Positions 63,351-64,000 of a DNA stretch of 64,000 bases are shown in pieces. The stretch covers positions 41,049-105,048 of the forward strand of contig SKQO01000019.1 of the NCBI GenBank assembly GCA_007118975.1, read 5' to 3'. Both the position numbers and the translations under genes were made by a program. Under the pieces are notes generated by a model that had not been told where the DNA came from, searched no databases, and was given only the letters and a program-made list of their open reading frames with translations. The stretch is from Halobacteriales archaeon (GTDB lineage: Archaea > Halobacteriota > Halobacteria > Halobacteriales > SKNY01). Position 1 is the stretch's first letter. Each line of letters begins with the position of its first letter.

Positions 63351-64000
63351 CTACAGCTCGGCGGACGCATCCGCGCACCACCAACAATCGTCGGTCTCAC
63401 AGAGCAGGCGTCCCGGATCAGACGACAACATGCCGCCGACCAGATCGATCAGTGCATCGCCCCTGAGCAACTGACAGTCTGCAACCCCGACCGGGCCACG
63501 TCGAACGATTCCAGCGTCTTCGGCGGCAGCCTCGAGTGTAGTAAACCCACGACTGCAGCCGACGCGCGCCACATCGATGTCGACCACGTCGCCATCACGC
63601 CGCACCGGCACAGTCCGCGGCATTCCCTTGAACGGCAGTCCTGCCAGCCGTTCTGCCACGTGAATCGTCGAATTCCGGTCGTGACGAACACCGACCAGCA
63701 AGATCCAGCCACCACGGTTCGCCAGTCGGTGGAGCGGACTTCCACGTCCCACGGAGTGCATAGGTGGATGCGCCCGTGTGATTGCTGACGCACCACATCC
63801 GATAGCGGTGACCGAATGCGTTGGATGACTGCTCCGGACAGCGGACGCCCGACAACGTACCGCTTCCGTGATGGCACCGGTCTGGGATGGCGAGGTACAT
63901 CGATCGAACGGCCTCGACTCCACCAGCCCGGATGTGAAGGTGGGGACGGCGAGGGTACCCCGATCGCCGAGCACGTCGAGCAGCGCATCGACGACTGTAT
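63351..64000 (-). CDS. AAC(3) family N-acetyltransferase (5' end beyond window)
   Basis: GTLAVPTF, TGAITEAVR, RSSHPTHS, SPLHRL, ILLVGV..NSTIHVAE; frame open to the window edge. Confidence 0.9.
   Translation of the reverse strand, partial: TVVDALLDVLGDRGTLAVPTFTSGLVESRPFDRCTSPSQTGAITEAVRCRASAVRSSHPTHSVTAIGCGASAITRAHPPMHSVGRGSPLHRLANRGGWILLVGVRHDRNSTIHVAERLAGLPFKGMPRTVPVRRDGDVVDIDVARVGCSRGFTTLEAAAEDAGIVRRGPVGVADCQLLRGDALIDLVGGMLSSDPGRLLCETDDCWWCADASAEL

Overview
GC-rich DNA encoding acidic (Asp/Glu-rich) proteins, SAMP ubiquitin-like modifiers and archaeal TATA-like promoters, so most likely a halophilic archaeon (class Halobacteria; inference). The window is an accessory catabolic patchwork. 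It holds four enolase-superfamily dehydratases (one broken), three Gfo/Idh/MocA-fold oxidoreductases including a GH109, two CxPxR sulfatases, an aryl-sulfate sulfotransferase, a HisD-fold protein with an HpsN-like motif, a Thermotoga-type IolM inositol cluster, AOR with two SAMP-like genes, a menG/menA-like pair, MFS and MgtE transporters, and glycosylation genes. Two IS200/IS605-family elements are present. One is a tnpA-less tnpB element (~34597-35992) with intact RuvC residues but a +1 shift in its tail. The other is a ~365 bp miniature element (~23929-24293) missed by the ORF track: it keeps both hairpin ends, a promoter and the omega-RNA-encoding 3' region but has lost nearly all of tnpB, making it a candidate guide-RNA-only cassette. 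Both sit 30-40 nt upstream of a host gene. Other highlights are a membrane-anchored tandem Cdc48-N-like barrel protein, a SAMP paralog lacking the C-terminal GG, and a hybrid sensor kinase split by one in-frame TAG. No CRISPR array, rRNA or tRNA was found. All family calls come from motif recognition by eye, not database searches.
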